Shown here: piece by piece, positions 51,130 through 59,398 of the stretch
Numbering within the stretch: the stretch's first letter is position 1
Layout of the letters: the number at the start of each line of letters is the position of its first letter
From: Gammaproteobacteria bacterium
Lineage (GTDB): Bacteria; Pseudomonadota; Gammaproteobacteria; SZUA-229
Direction of reading: 5' to 3'
Length of the DNA: 64,000 nucleotides
NCBI GenBank assembly: GCA_029882355.1
Contig: JAOUKV010000014.1
Span: 3,923-67,922, forward strand
Translations under genes and position numbers: made by a program
Notes under the pieces: generated by a model
Database searches by the model: none
Told to the model about the DNA's origin: nothing
Seen by the model: the letters and a program-made list of their open reading frames with translations, nothing else

Positions 51130-51882
51130 TTACGTCAGAGATGAAAACCAGCGATCTATTTCCTCGGCGACAAAATCAGTGTCCTGTTTTTTTGACAAAA
51201 GATGATCAGAATTCTCCAAAGTAATAATTTGTGAATCGCCTTTTATCCAGTCGTTTAATTCATCCGCATTTTTTTCACTCACTAATGCATCGTTGTTCAC
51301 GCTAAATATCAATACAGGTTTACTTAATTCAGCTAGTCGTTGTTGCATATCATAGCTACGCAAATCTGCAATAAATTCTGGTTCAATTTCATAATGTTCA
51401 CCCGCGACTTCGATGCTGGAAGCGATGCCCTGTTCTAATAAAGTAAGTGCATGACCAAAGTGGTGTAGTACATGGTCGGGTTGGCTGGGTGAGGCAATGG
51501 TGGCGATGGCTTTTACTTCTTCTGTTTGTATTGCCGCTTCAAGTGCCGCCGTGCCGCCTAAGCTATGGCCAATGAGTAACTCGGGTGCCTGGTAGTGAGT
51601 GCGCAAATATTCTATTGCGGCTAATACATCGGCCACGTTAGTGCTGAAGCAGGTTTGTGAAAATTCGCCTTCACTACCGCCTAGCCCGGTAAAATCAAAA
51701 CGTAGCGTGGCATAACCTTGTTTTGCCATGTTCTTGCTAATGCGATATGTGGTGAGCGTGTCTTTGCTGCAGGTAAAACAGTGGCAGCAAATGGCAAAGG
51801 CTTTAGGTGTGCCCTCAGGCATTTCAAGTCTGGCGGCTAGTGGGTGGGTGTGACCGGGAAAAGTGAGTTTAATGCTGGGCAT
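51130..51882 (-). CDS. Alpha/beta hydrolase (N-terminal-domain type of hydrolase/OsmC bifunctional proteins, lacking OsmC)
   Basis: HCFTCSKD, RFDFTGLG.SEGEF, nucleophile GHSLG, SDHLL. Confidence 0.88.
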   Translation of the reverse strand: MPSIKLTFPGHTHPLAARLEMPEGTPKAFAICCHCFTCSKDTLTTYRISKNMAKQGYATLRFDFTGLGGSEGEFSQTCFSTNVADVLAAIEYLRTHYQAPELLIGHSLGGTAALEAAIQTEEVKAIATIASPSQPDHVLHHFGHALTLLEQGIASSIEVAGEHYEIEPEFIADLRSYDMQQRLAELSKPVLIFSVNNDALVSEKNADELNDWIKGDSQIITLENSDHLLSKKQDTDFVAEEIDRWFSSLT

Positions 51883-51992
51883 AATATAAAAGGCTTGCGA
51901 TAGTTATTTTAGATTTACATTGTACTTGAGGGTACGCCGAGTATTATAGGTGAATGTTATTTTTACCACTTTCTTATTTCTGGTGATCTCAA

Positions 51993-52388
51993 ATGAGCAA
52001 TGATTGTTTACCCGAAAACCGTATCCCCGTTATTCGAGTACCTGCCAGCCCTGCTGATGCCAATCCTGGCGGTAGTATATTTGGCGGCTGGATTATGTCG
52101 TATGTCGATGTCGCGGGAAGTATTCCTGCACTTGACAGAGCGCAAGGTGCAGTGGTAACGCGTGCGGTTGAGTCCTTTGAATTCAAGCAAGCTGTTCACA
52201 TTGGTGATTTGATTAGCTGTTACGCAAAAATTATTTCTGAAGGCCGAACTTCAATAAAGGTTGATGTTGAAGTTTATGCAGAGCGTCGAAAGGGCGCAGT
52301 AAAACAATGCATTAAAGTGACAGAGGCAGTACTGATTTATGTTGCGATTGATGAGAACCACAAACCCAGGGCCTTGCCAGCAGAATAA
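51993..52388 (+). CDS. yciA: Acyl-CoA thioesterase (hotdog fold, YciA-like)
   Basis: P.DAN..G.IFGGWIMS.VD.AG, GRTSI.V.VEV, YVAID....PR. Confidence 0.88.
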   Translation: MSNDCLPENRIPVIRVPASPADANPGGSIFGGWIMSYVDVAGSIPALDRAQGAVVTRAVESFEFKQAVHIGDLISCYAKIISEGRTSIKVDVEVYAERRKGAVKQCIKVTEAVLIYVAIDENHKPRALPAE

Positions 52389-52552
52389 TAAAATAAATTG
52401 TGGAGTATGGATTTTATACTCGAGATAAGGCTATTTTTACAGCGTTAAATTAGAACTCGCTAATGCTTAAATAAATAGACTCTTAATAACATGTGTGTTA
52501 AAAACCAACGACAATAAAAAACTAAAACTATAAATAAGATGAAACAGAGCAT

Positions 52553-53800
52553 ATGAAAATAAGAATATTGGTAATAGCGAGTATGTGTCTATCAACTAGC
52601 GCTTTTGCTGGGGGCTACCGAGTAGCGCTTCAGGGACAAAAAGCATTAGGTATGGGGCACACTGGTGTGGCAATGACGGATAGTTCAGAAGCAGTTTTCT
52701 TTAATCCGGCAGCCATGACTTTTCTGGAAAATGATATGGATGTTTCAGGTGGTATCACCTTGATTGACAGTGTCATCAAATATCAGAATCAAACAGCTAA
52801 TGTTGCAGCTGAAACAGATAATCCTATGGGCACACCCGTAAGTTTTTATATTTCTCAAAGAGAAAACGAGAAACTTTCCTACGGTTTAGGTATATATACG
52901 CCTTATGGAAATGCGGTTGAGTGGCAGAAAGACTGGGCAGGTTCACATCTGGTTAATAATATCGAACTGCATGCCATTTATATCCAGCCGACAATTTCTT
53001 ATAAATTGAGTGATGACTTTAGCGTTGGCTTTGGTCCAACGATTGTTTCTGGTTCGGTTGACTTTAATCGTAACCTGAGCACATCACTGATTGATGCTAA
53101 TGGTGATCGCTCTAACGTGACACTTAAAGCCTCTAACGTAACTGCAATTGGTTATAACGTAGGTTTTTTAGTTAAACCTTCTAATGATCTTTCAGTAGGT
53201 ATCAGTTACCGTTCTAAGGTAGTTTTAAATGCAAGAGACGAAAGCGCGGACTTTGCAAATATCCCTGCTTCATTGCAGGCGGCTTATTTTGATACCACCT
53301 TTAATGCTGATCTGGTATTACCTGCCGAGTTAACCGTGGGTGTTTCGTATAATCTAAATTCTGATCTGGTGCTGGCTTTAGATATTAATCGTACTTACTG
53401 GAGTGCATATGAGAATCTGGATGTGCAATTTAATAACGCTGCAGGCACATCTCTAAATCCTCGAAATTACAACGATGCCAATATCGTTCGCCTTGGTGCG
53501 CAATATGCAATGGGCGAAGATCTAACGTTACGTGCGGGCATGTATTTTGATAACTCACCGATTGGTGATGGCTATTACACACCTGAAACTGCACGTGCTG
53601 ATTCAGTGGGATATACCGCTGGAGCTAGTTATAAAGTTTCTAAACAGATGGAGCTGGATTTTTCATTCCTGATGTTGACGTTTGACGAATTTAACGGATC
53701 TTATGATTACTATGATCAGTCCGGGACGCTTGTATCGTTTAGTGGCGATTACGCATCTTCTGTAACCACTATTGGTTTTGGCCTTAACTACAAATACTGA
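52553..53800 (+). CDS. OmpP1/FadL family outer-membrane transporter
   Basis: Signal peptide; GGYRV.LQG....MG..GVA; FFNPA hatch motif; YTPYG; aromatic C-terminal residue. Confidence 0.88.
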   Translation: MKIRILVIASMCLSTSAFAGGYRVALQGQKALGMGHTGVAMTDSSEAVFFNPAAMTFLENDMDVSGGITLIDSVIKYQNQTANVAAETDNPMGTPVSFYISQRENEKLSYGLGIYTPYGNAVEWQKDWAGSHLVNNIELHAIYIQPTISYKLSDDFSVGFGPTIVSGSVDFNRNLSTSLIDANGDRSNVTLKASNVTAIGYNVGFLVKPSNDLSVGISYRSKVVLNARDESADFANIPASLQAAYFDTTFNADLVLPAELTVGVSYNLNSDLVLALDINRTYWSAYENLDVQFNNAAGTSLNPRNYNDANIVRLGAQYAMGEDLTLRAGMYFDNSPIGDGYYTPETARADSVGYTAGASYKVSKQMELDFSFLMLTFDEFNGSYDYYDQSGTLVSFSGDYASSVTTIGFGLNYKY

Positions 53801-53820
53801 GATAACAAGAAATGATACTT

Positions 53821-55344
53821 ATGAAAAATCAAATAATAAAATTAGCAGGCGTGGCGATAGCCTGCGCTGTTGTTTCAGCCTGTGATGCAGAATTCGATAA
53901 TCCGATTAGTGGTAATACGGGTGATAGTGGTACTGCAGATTTAAGCAAGTTTGTCACTATTGGAGATTCTATAACCGCTGGTTATGCCGATGGTGCACTT
54001 TATCTAGCCGGTCAGGAAAACTCTTACCCAGCAATACTGGCGCAACAGTTTGCTGTGGTTGGTGGTGATGCTAATTTCACTCAGCCGTTAGTGAGTGATA
54101 ATTTGGGTGGTTTGCTTGCTGGCGGAAATCAAATTACGGATAATCGACTGGTTCTGGATTTGACTGACCCAACATCGCCCAGTCCTGTGAATCTAACAGG
54201 CACACCAACAACAGAAGTTATTGGTTCAGGTTTGAACGGTACTGCGTTTAGCAATATGGGCGTACCGGGTGCTAAATCATTCCATCTTGGTGCACCAGGT
54301 TATGGTGATCCTGCTGGTATACTTTTGGGGTTATCAAATCCATTCTTTACAAGATTTGCATCAGACCCCGCGACCGCAACAATGATTGGTGATGCCGCTG
54401 TTCAGGCACCCTCATTCTTTGTTCTTTGGATAGGTAATAATGATGTGCTGTCTTATGCAACCACTGGCGGTGTAGGTACTGATCAGCTAGGTAATACTGA
54501 TTATACTTTTGCTTCGTATGGTTCTAATGATATTACTGACCCGATAGCTTTTGGAATTGTGTATTCTGGATTAGTTGGAGCGTTAACTGCTAACCCGGCT
54601 GCTCAAGGTGTGCTGGTTAACATTCCCGATGTAAGTACTCTGCCTTATTTTACAACGGTGCCCTATAACGCAATACCACTAGATCAGGCGACTGCAGATT
54701 ATCTAAACTCTAATCCAAATACTATTGCCTATAATGCAGGTCTTCAAGCGGCTGTAGGTGTGGCGCCTGGGTTTACGCAGGAAGAGGCAGATGCAAGGAC
54801 TATTAACTTTGTTGCTGGGCAAAATGCACCTATTATCGAGGATGAGACGCTAACTAATATTGGTGCGCCTCTTATCAGGCAGGCAACAGCCAATGATTTG
54901 ATTATTTTACCTGTGAGTGGTTATCTTGGTACGGAGAATGCGAATGCTGTAGATGTAACACCACCAGCAGGATTGCCCTGGGGTCTAGGCACACCACTTA
55001 CTGATGGTGATGTCTTAATACCTTCAGAGATCGCAGCTATCGACACAGCCAGAGCTGCATTTAACACCACGATTCAAGCAGCGGCTGATGCTGATGCAAA
55101 CCTGATTCTGGTGGATTCTGCAGCCATCATGCAAGAGATCAGCACCACTGGTATTGACTATGGTACTGGTGCTATAAATGCTGATTACGCCACTGGCGGT
55201 GCTTTCTCGCTGGATGGTGTTCACCCAACTGCGCGTGGTTACGCGGTGGTGGCAAATAGAATTATTGATGCCATTAATACCGGCTTTAATGCGAGCATTC
55301 CAGCGGTTAATCCTGGTGATTACACGACGATATTTGTTCAATAA
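53821..55344 (+). CDS. GDSL/SGNH lipolytic lipoprotein
   Basis: Lipobox VSAC; block I GDSITAG; WIGNND; catalytic DGVHP; start may be 53812. Confidence 0.88.
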   Translation: MKNQIIKLAGVAIACAVVSACDAEFDNPISGNTGDSGTADLSKFVTIGDSITAGYADGALYLAGQENSYPAILAQQFAVVGGDANFTQPLVSDNLGGLLAGGNQITDNRLVLDLTDPTSPSPVNLTGTPTTEVIGSGLNGTAFSNMGVPGAKSFHLGAPGYGDPAGILLGLSNPFFTRFASDPATATMIGDAAVQAPSFFVLWIGNNDVLSYATTGGVGTDQLGNTDYTFASYGSNDITDPIAFGIVYSGLVGALTANPAAQGVLVNIPDVSTLPYFTTVPYNAIPLDQATADYLNSNPNTIAYNAGLQAAVGVAPGFTQEEADARTINFVAGQNAPIIEDETLTNIGAPLIRQATANDLIILPVSGYLGTENANAVDVTPPAGLPWGLGTPLTDGDVLIPSEIAAIDTARAAFNTTIQAAADADANLILVDSAAIMQEISTTGIDYGTGAINADYATGGAFSLDGVHPTARGYAVVANRIIDAINTGFNASIPAVNPGDYTTIFVQ

Positions 55345-55365
55345 GGTTCTGCCTTTAAGTAATAT

Positions 55366-55392
55366 AAAAAACCCTCTTCGGAGGGTTTTTTT
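55366..55392. terminator. Bidirectional intrinsic terminator with cUUCGg tetraloop
   Basis: AAAAAACCCTC-TTCG-GAGGGTTTTTTT. Confidence 0.92.
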
Positions 55393-55393
55393 G

Positions 55394-55882
55394 TTATTGG
55401 CGTAAAAGAAAGGTGGGCTGCTGTTTGTCGTCGACAAGTTTGTGGTTGATTAACCATTCCAGTGCTTCTTCCGCATCCTGCTCAAACCATGCCTGTGCAG
55501 AACCAAGCCGAAAAGAATAACCCCATTCATCCATGTCTTTAAAAGCACGTTCGCGTCCCATTTCGGGAATGAAATCGGATAACAGTATTTGTAAATAACA
55601 GGTGGCGGTTTCTTCGATAGCTGTGCCGCCTGCATCGGTGTGCAATTGATTTCGACGTTGCTGGTCCATGCAGATGTAGTGACAGGATTCGTGCAGTGCG
55701 GAGTGTACAGGTGTGTCATTACTGATATAAAGCACATCGCCAATTAAACCCGCTTCGGGTGCTTTCCAGAAACTACCGGGTAGTTCCTGATTCACTGGCA
55801 TGCGTTTTACTTCGAGTCCAAATTTTTTTAGCAGATCATCGAGATGTTCTGCTTTGATTTCGCTACAAAGTAAAACAGCCAT
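55394..55882 (-). CDS. Hypothetical protein with HExxH motif
   Basis: PGSFW..PEAGL, SALHESCH, DMD.WGYSFRLGSA; 5 bp downstream of rdgB. Confidence 0.8.
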   Translation of the reverse strand: MAVLLCSEIKAEHLDDLLKKFGLEVKRMPVNQELPGSFWKAPEAGLIGDVLYISNDTPVHSALHESCHYICMDQQRRNQLHTDAGGTAIEETATCYLQILLSDFIPEMGRERAFKDMDEWGYSFRLGSAQAWFEQDAEEALEWLINHKLVDDKQQPTFLLRQ

Positions 55883-55887
55883 AGTTT

Positions 55888-56505
55888 TTAGTCGATGAAG
55901 TTATGTTTCTTGAATTCTTCCAGCATGGCCTGCAGAGCAAGTGCACGATGGCTGATTTTATTTTTTTCTTCCATGGACAGTTCACCGCTGGCGCAATTGT
56001 GTGTCGGCACGTAGAAAATCGGATCGTAACCAAAACCACCATCACCTAGTGGCGCTTCGAGAATTCGACCTTCCCAACTGGCCTGAGTAATGATGGGTAC
56101 AGGATCGTTGTGGTGACGCATGAACACCAGTAAACACCAGTAGCGAGCAGTGCGTTCAGCTTCGGGTATGCCCTGTAGTTCTTCCAGCATTTTATTGTTG
56201 TTATCGAGATCACTCGCGCCTTCACCGGCATAACGTGCTGAATAAACACCGGGTCGAGCATCCAGGGCATCAACTTCAATACCGGAATCATCCGAGATCG
56301 CAGGCAGGCCGGTGAGCCTGGCAGCATGACGGGCTTTGATGATGGCGTTCTCAACAAAAGTGGTGCCAGTCTCAGGAACTTCCGGTACGTTAAAGTCCGA
56401 TTGCGGAACCACTTCGATGCCGCAGCCTGCGAACAGTTTGTTGATCTCGCGAACCTTGCCGGCGTTACCGCTGGCGAGGACGATTTTGTTGATTTTTTGT
56501 GTCAT
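55888..56505 (-). CDS. rdgB: dITP/XTP pyrophosphatase
   Basis: ASGNAGK, ETG.TF.ENA..KA, DDSG, GFGYDPIF, KNKISHRA. Confidence 0.97.
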   Translation of the reverse strand: MTQKINKIVLASGNAGKVREINKLFAGCGIEVVPQSDFNVPEVPETGTTFVENAIIKARHAARLTGLPAISDDSGIEVDALDARPGVYSARYAGEGASDLDNNNKMLEELQGIPEAERTARYWCLLVFMRHHNDPVPIITQASWEGRILEAPLGDGGFGYDPIFYVPTHNCASGELSMEEKNKISHRALALQAMLEEFKKHNFID

Positions 56506-56517
56506 GGTTGTCTCCGT

Positions 56518-57234
56518 TTAGCTATTCAATGCTGCGTTTTGAGCTTCAAATAATTCTTTGATGCCTTTTTCCGCCAGCTCCAACATGGCATTCAATTCTT
56601 CACGATTATAGGCATGGCCTTCGGCAGTGCCCTGAACTTCGATAAAGCCATTGCTATTATTCATCACCACGTTCATATCAGTTTCGGCATTAGAGTCTTC
56701 GGCATAATCAAGATCGAGTACTGCTGTGCCATTAAAAATACCCACAGATACCGAGCCAATCTGGTGGTGCAAGGGCTCTTTTTTGACCAGACCCTTAGCC
56801 ATGAGATGTTGCACCGCATCGTGCAAAGCCACCCATGCGCCGGTAATGCTGGCAGTACGCGTGCCACCGTCTGCCTGAATCACATCACAATCAAGGCTGA
56901 TGGTGTTTTCACCCAATGCTTTAAGGTTGATAGCGGCGCGCAGTGAGCGACCAATCAAGCGTTGAATTTCCATGGTGCGGCCACCCTGTTTGCCAGTAGA
57001 TGCTTCTCGTCTCATGCGATTACCAGTAGCGCGTGGCAACATGCCATATTCAGCCGTTACCCAGCCCTGTCCCTGGCCACGCAAAAACCCCGGTACTCTG
57101 TTCTCAACCGAAGCCGTACAGATGACTTTGGTATCACCAAACTCGACCAGCACAGAACCTTCGGCGTGTTTAGTGTAGTTGCGGGTGATTGTGATTTGGC
57201 GCATTTCATCAGGTGCGCGTTTGCTCGGTCTCAT
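56518..57234 (-). CDS. rph: Ribonuclease PH
   Basis: [41 protein letters not shown]. Confidence 0.98.
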   Translation of the reverse strand: MRPSKRAPDEMRQITITRNYTKHAEGSVLVEFGDTKVICTASVENRVPGFLRGQGQGWVTAEYGMLPRATGNRMRREASTGKQGGRTMEIQRLIGRSLRAAINLKALGENTISLDCDVIQADGGTRTASITGAWVALHDAVQHLMAKGLVKKEPLHHQIGSVSVGIFNGTAVLDLDYAEDSNAETDMNVVMNNSNGFIEVQGTAEGHAYNREELNAMLELAEKGIKELFEAQNAALNS

Positions 57235-57344
57235 GATTAGATCCAGTCAGTGTGATAAATAATTTTGCGAATTATACATGGCTTGAGTAGGAGTTGCGCC
57301 GTTGGCTAGCATGCTACAATTTGCCGATCTAAGGGGAGAATTAA

Positions 57345-58211
57345 ATGACTAAAAGTATGACCGCTTTTGCGCGTTGCCAGAATACGACAGCATCCGGCGT
57401 CTTAACCTGGGAGCTACGTTCGGTGAATCATCGTTATCTGGATGTGTTCCTGCGGCTGCCAGATGATTTGCGCGGCATGGAAGGCCGTTATCGTGAATTA
57501 ATCAACGCCGGAATGAGTCGAGGAAAGCTGGAATGTAATCTGGTTTTTAGAGCTGAGGCAGCAGTTGAAGGCAGTGTTGAAATAAATGAGACCTTGGCTA
57601 AATCGATGATTCACGCCTGTGAACAGCTGAATGCAACATTGCATCAGTCATCGGTGATCAACGTGGTCGATATTCTGAAATGGCCGGGCGTGGTGAAACA
57701 GGTATCGTTGGATATGAAGCCGGTAGCAGAGGCCAGTGAGGTACTATTGCAACAAGCCCTGGATGAGTTAATGAGTAACCGCCAGCGTGAAGGAGAGCGC
57801 CTGAACGAACTAATCGTACAGCGTTGCGATGCCGTTGATGGCATCGTCACAGAGGTGCGAAAACAGATGCCCGAGATTCGCGATAATCATCGCCAAAAAA
57901 CATTATCACGATTTGAGGAATTAAAGGCAGAACCTGATATGGAGCGATTGGAGCAGGAGCTAGTTTATCTAGTGCAGAAAATGGATGTCGATGAAGAGCT
58001 GGATCGACTGGATGCGCACATCAAAGAGCTGAGAGATGTACTCAATCGTGATGAAGCGGTGGGACGCAGGCTGGATTTTTTAATGCAGGAGCTACACCGT
58101 GAAGCCAATACATTGGGTTCGAAATCAGCGGATATTAGAATGACACAGGCTTCTGTGGAGTTGAAGGTGCTGATCGAGCAGATGCGCGAGCAGATTCAGA
58201 ACATTGAGTAA
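57345..58211 (+). CDS. yicC: YicC/YloC family endoribonuclease
   Basis: SMTAFAR, SVNHRYL, EELDRL, GRRLDFL.QE..REANTLGSK, EQIQNIE; divergent from rph. Confidence 0.96.
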   Translation: MTKSMTAFARCQNTTASGVLTWELRSVNHRYLDVFLRLPDDLRGMEGRYRELINAGMSRGKLECNLVFRAEAAVEGSVEINETLAKSMIHACEQLNATLHQSSVINVVDILKWPGVVKQVSLDMKPVAEASEVLLQQALDELMSNRQREGERLNELIVQRCDAVDGIVTEVRKQMPEIRDNHRQKTLSRFEELKAEPDMERLEQELVYLVQKMDVDEELDRLDAHIKELRDVLNRDEAVGRRLDFLMQELHREANTLGSKSADIRMTQASVELKVLIEQMREQIQNIE

Positions 58212-58225
58212 GCCCGAAATCTCTC

Positions 58226-58507
58226 TTAAAAAGCATCCATCTCGATAAAGGCAACACCGACGCCGTTATCTGAGAGACGAACAATAATGGCATCGACTTC
58301 AGTTTCGGTATCGTCGTTGAGTGGATTATTGTATTGAATATGGACCATTTCACCTAAGGGGAAATCAGAATGGGAGTCAGTGGCGAGAAACATGCCACCT
58401 TCACTGATATCATGAGTTCGAATGGTTCGGGGTTCAGTGTCCATCAGTGTGAGCATGATTTCGATTTGAATATCATGCCGCTCGTGTCTGCGATTATTTT
58501 CGCTCAT
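58226..58507 (-). CDS. Single PilZ domain protein
   Basis: RRHER (RxxxR) and DISEGG (DxSxxG). Confidence 0.88.
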   Translation of the reverse strand: MSENNRRHERHDIQIEIMLTLMDTEPRTIRTHDISEGGMFLATDSHSDFPLGEMVHIQYNNPLNDDTETEVDAIIVRLSDNGVGVAFIEMDAF

Positions 58508-58627
58508 AGTATATGCCTTGTGTGTGCTACGGCCTAATCATAACGCGCATTGAGAAAAAAAACAGTCTGTATTAGATAAAGTTTTTGGATTATATTGTTC
58601 AATAAGTCATCAGGGATTAACAGCGAT

Positions 58628-59398
58628 ATGCGATTTATTATCACCATCTTAATAGGGTTTCTATCTACTGCACAATTCGTGCTGGCCTCTGATCTTGCAC
58701 GTGAAAAACGTCTTGCCGAGCAAAATGAGGAAATGATCTTTGATGGGGAGGTTCTCTATCTGGATAGTGCGGGTCATGAGTTTATGAACGTGTATATGGA
58801 AACCGAGGCCGAGCAGCTAAAAGGTGCAGTGATCATTTTGCATGGCCGTGGTTTTCATCCAGACTGGAAGAATGTAGTTAGACCGTTACGTATTGGTCTG
58901 GCTGAAAAAGGCTGGAATACACTTTCAATGCAGATGCCCGTGTTGGAAAAAAATGCCAAATATTATGACTATCTACCCATCATGCCGGAGGCATTTCCAC
59001 GCATAGAAGCGGGTATCGATTTTTTAAAAAATGAAGGATTCGAAAACATAATATTGATAGCGCATAGCTGTAGTGTGCATATGGTAATGGCATGGCTAGA
59101 TGCTAAAAGATTTCGTGATATAGATGCATTTATTGGTATTGGCATGGGCGCAACAGATTATCAACAGCCGATAGCCAGGCCATTGCCGCTGGATCAATTA
59201 TCAGTGCCGGTTCTTGATGTCTATGGTGCGGAGGAATACCCGGCAGTTGTTAGTGGTGCTGAGCAACGATTAGATTTCATTAAGCGGGGCGGTAACATAA
59301 AATCTAAACAAGTCATTGTTATGGGTGCCGATCATTATTTTACACAAAAAGATGAAGATCTATTGGAAGTGGTAAGTGAATGGATGCAAGGATTGTGA
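58628..59398 (+). CDS. Exported alpha/beta hydrolase (DUF3530-like)
   Basis: Signal peptide; IILHGRG.HPDW, GWNTLS.QMP, AHSCS elbow, GADH. Confidence 0.75.
   Translation: MRFIITILIGFLSTAQFVLASDLAREKRLAEQNEEMIFDGEVLYLDSAGHEFMNVYMETEAEQLKGAVIILHGRGFHPDWKNVVRPLRIGLAEKGWNTLSMQMPVLEKNAKYYDYLPIMPEAFPRIEAGIDFLKNEGFENIILIAHSCSVHMVMAWLDAKRFRDIDAFIGIGMGATDYQQPIARPLPLDQLSVPVLDVYGAEEYPAVVSGAEQRLDFIKRGGNIKSKQVIVMGADHYFTQKDEDLLEVVSEWMQGL

Noticed and set aside
48030-51308. Diversity-generating retroelement (TR/VR) reading of the duplicated hydrolase tail
   Set aside because: The six mismatches are not adenine-specific on either copy, and there is no reverse transcriptase in the window
52487-52500. TAACA-N4-TGTTA palindrome upstream of the FadL-like gene
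   Set aside because: Short, AT-rich and single-copy; could be chance
58150-58600. Possible genomic island at the yicC 3' end, a known integration site in some Gammaproteobacteria; gmk does not follow here
   Set aside because: No integrase or duplicated yicC end seen; the downstream genes look like ordinary chromosomal genes
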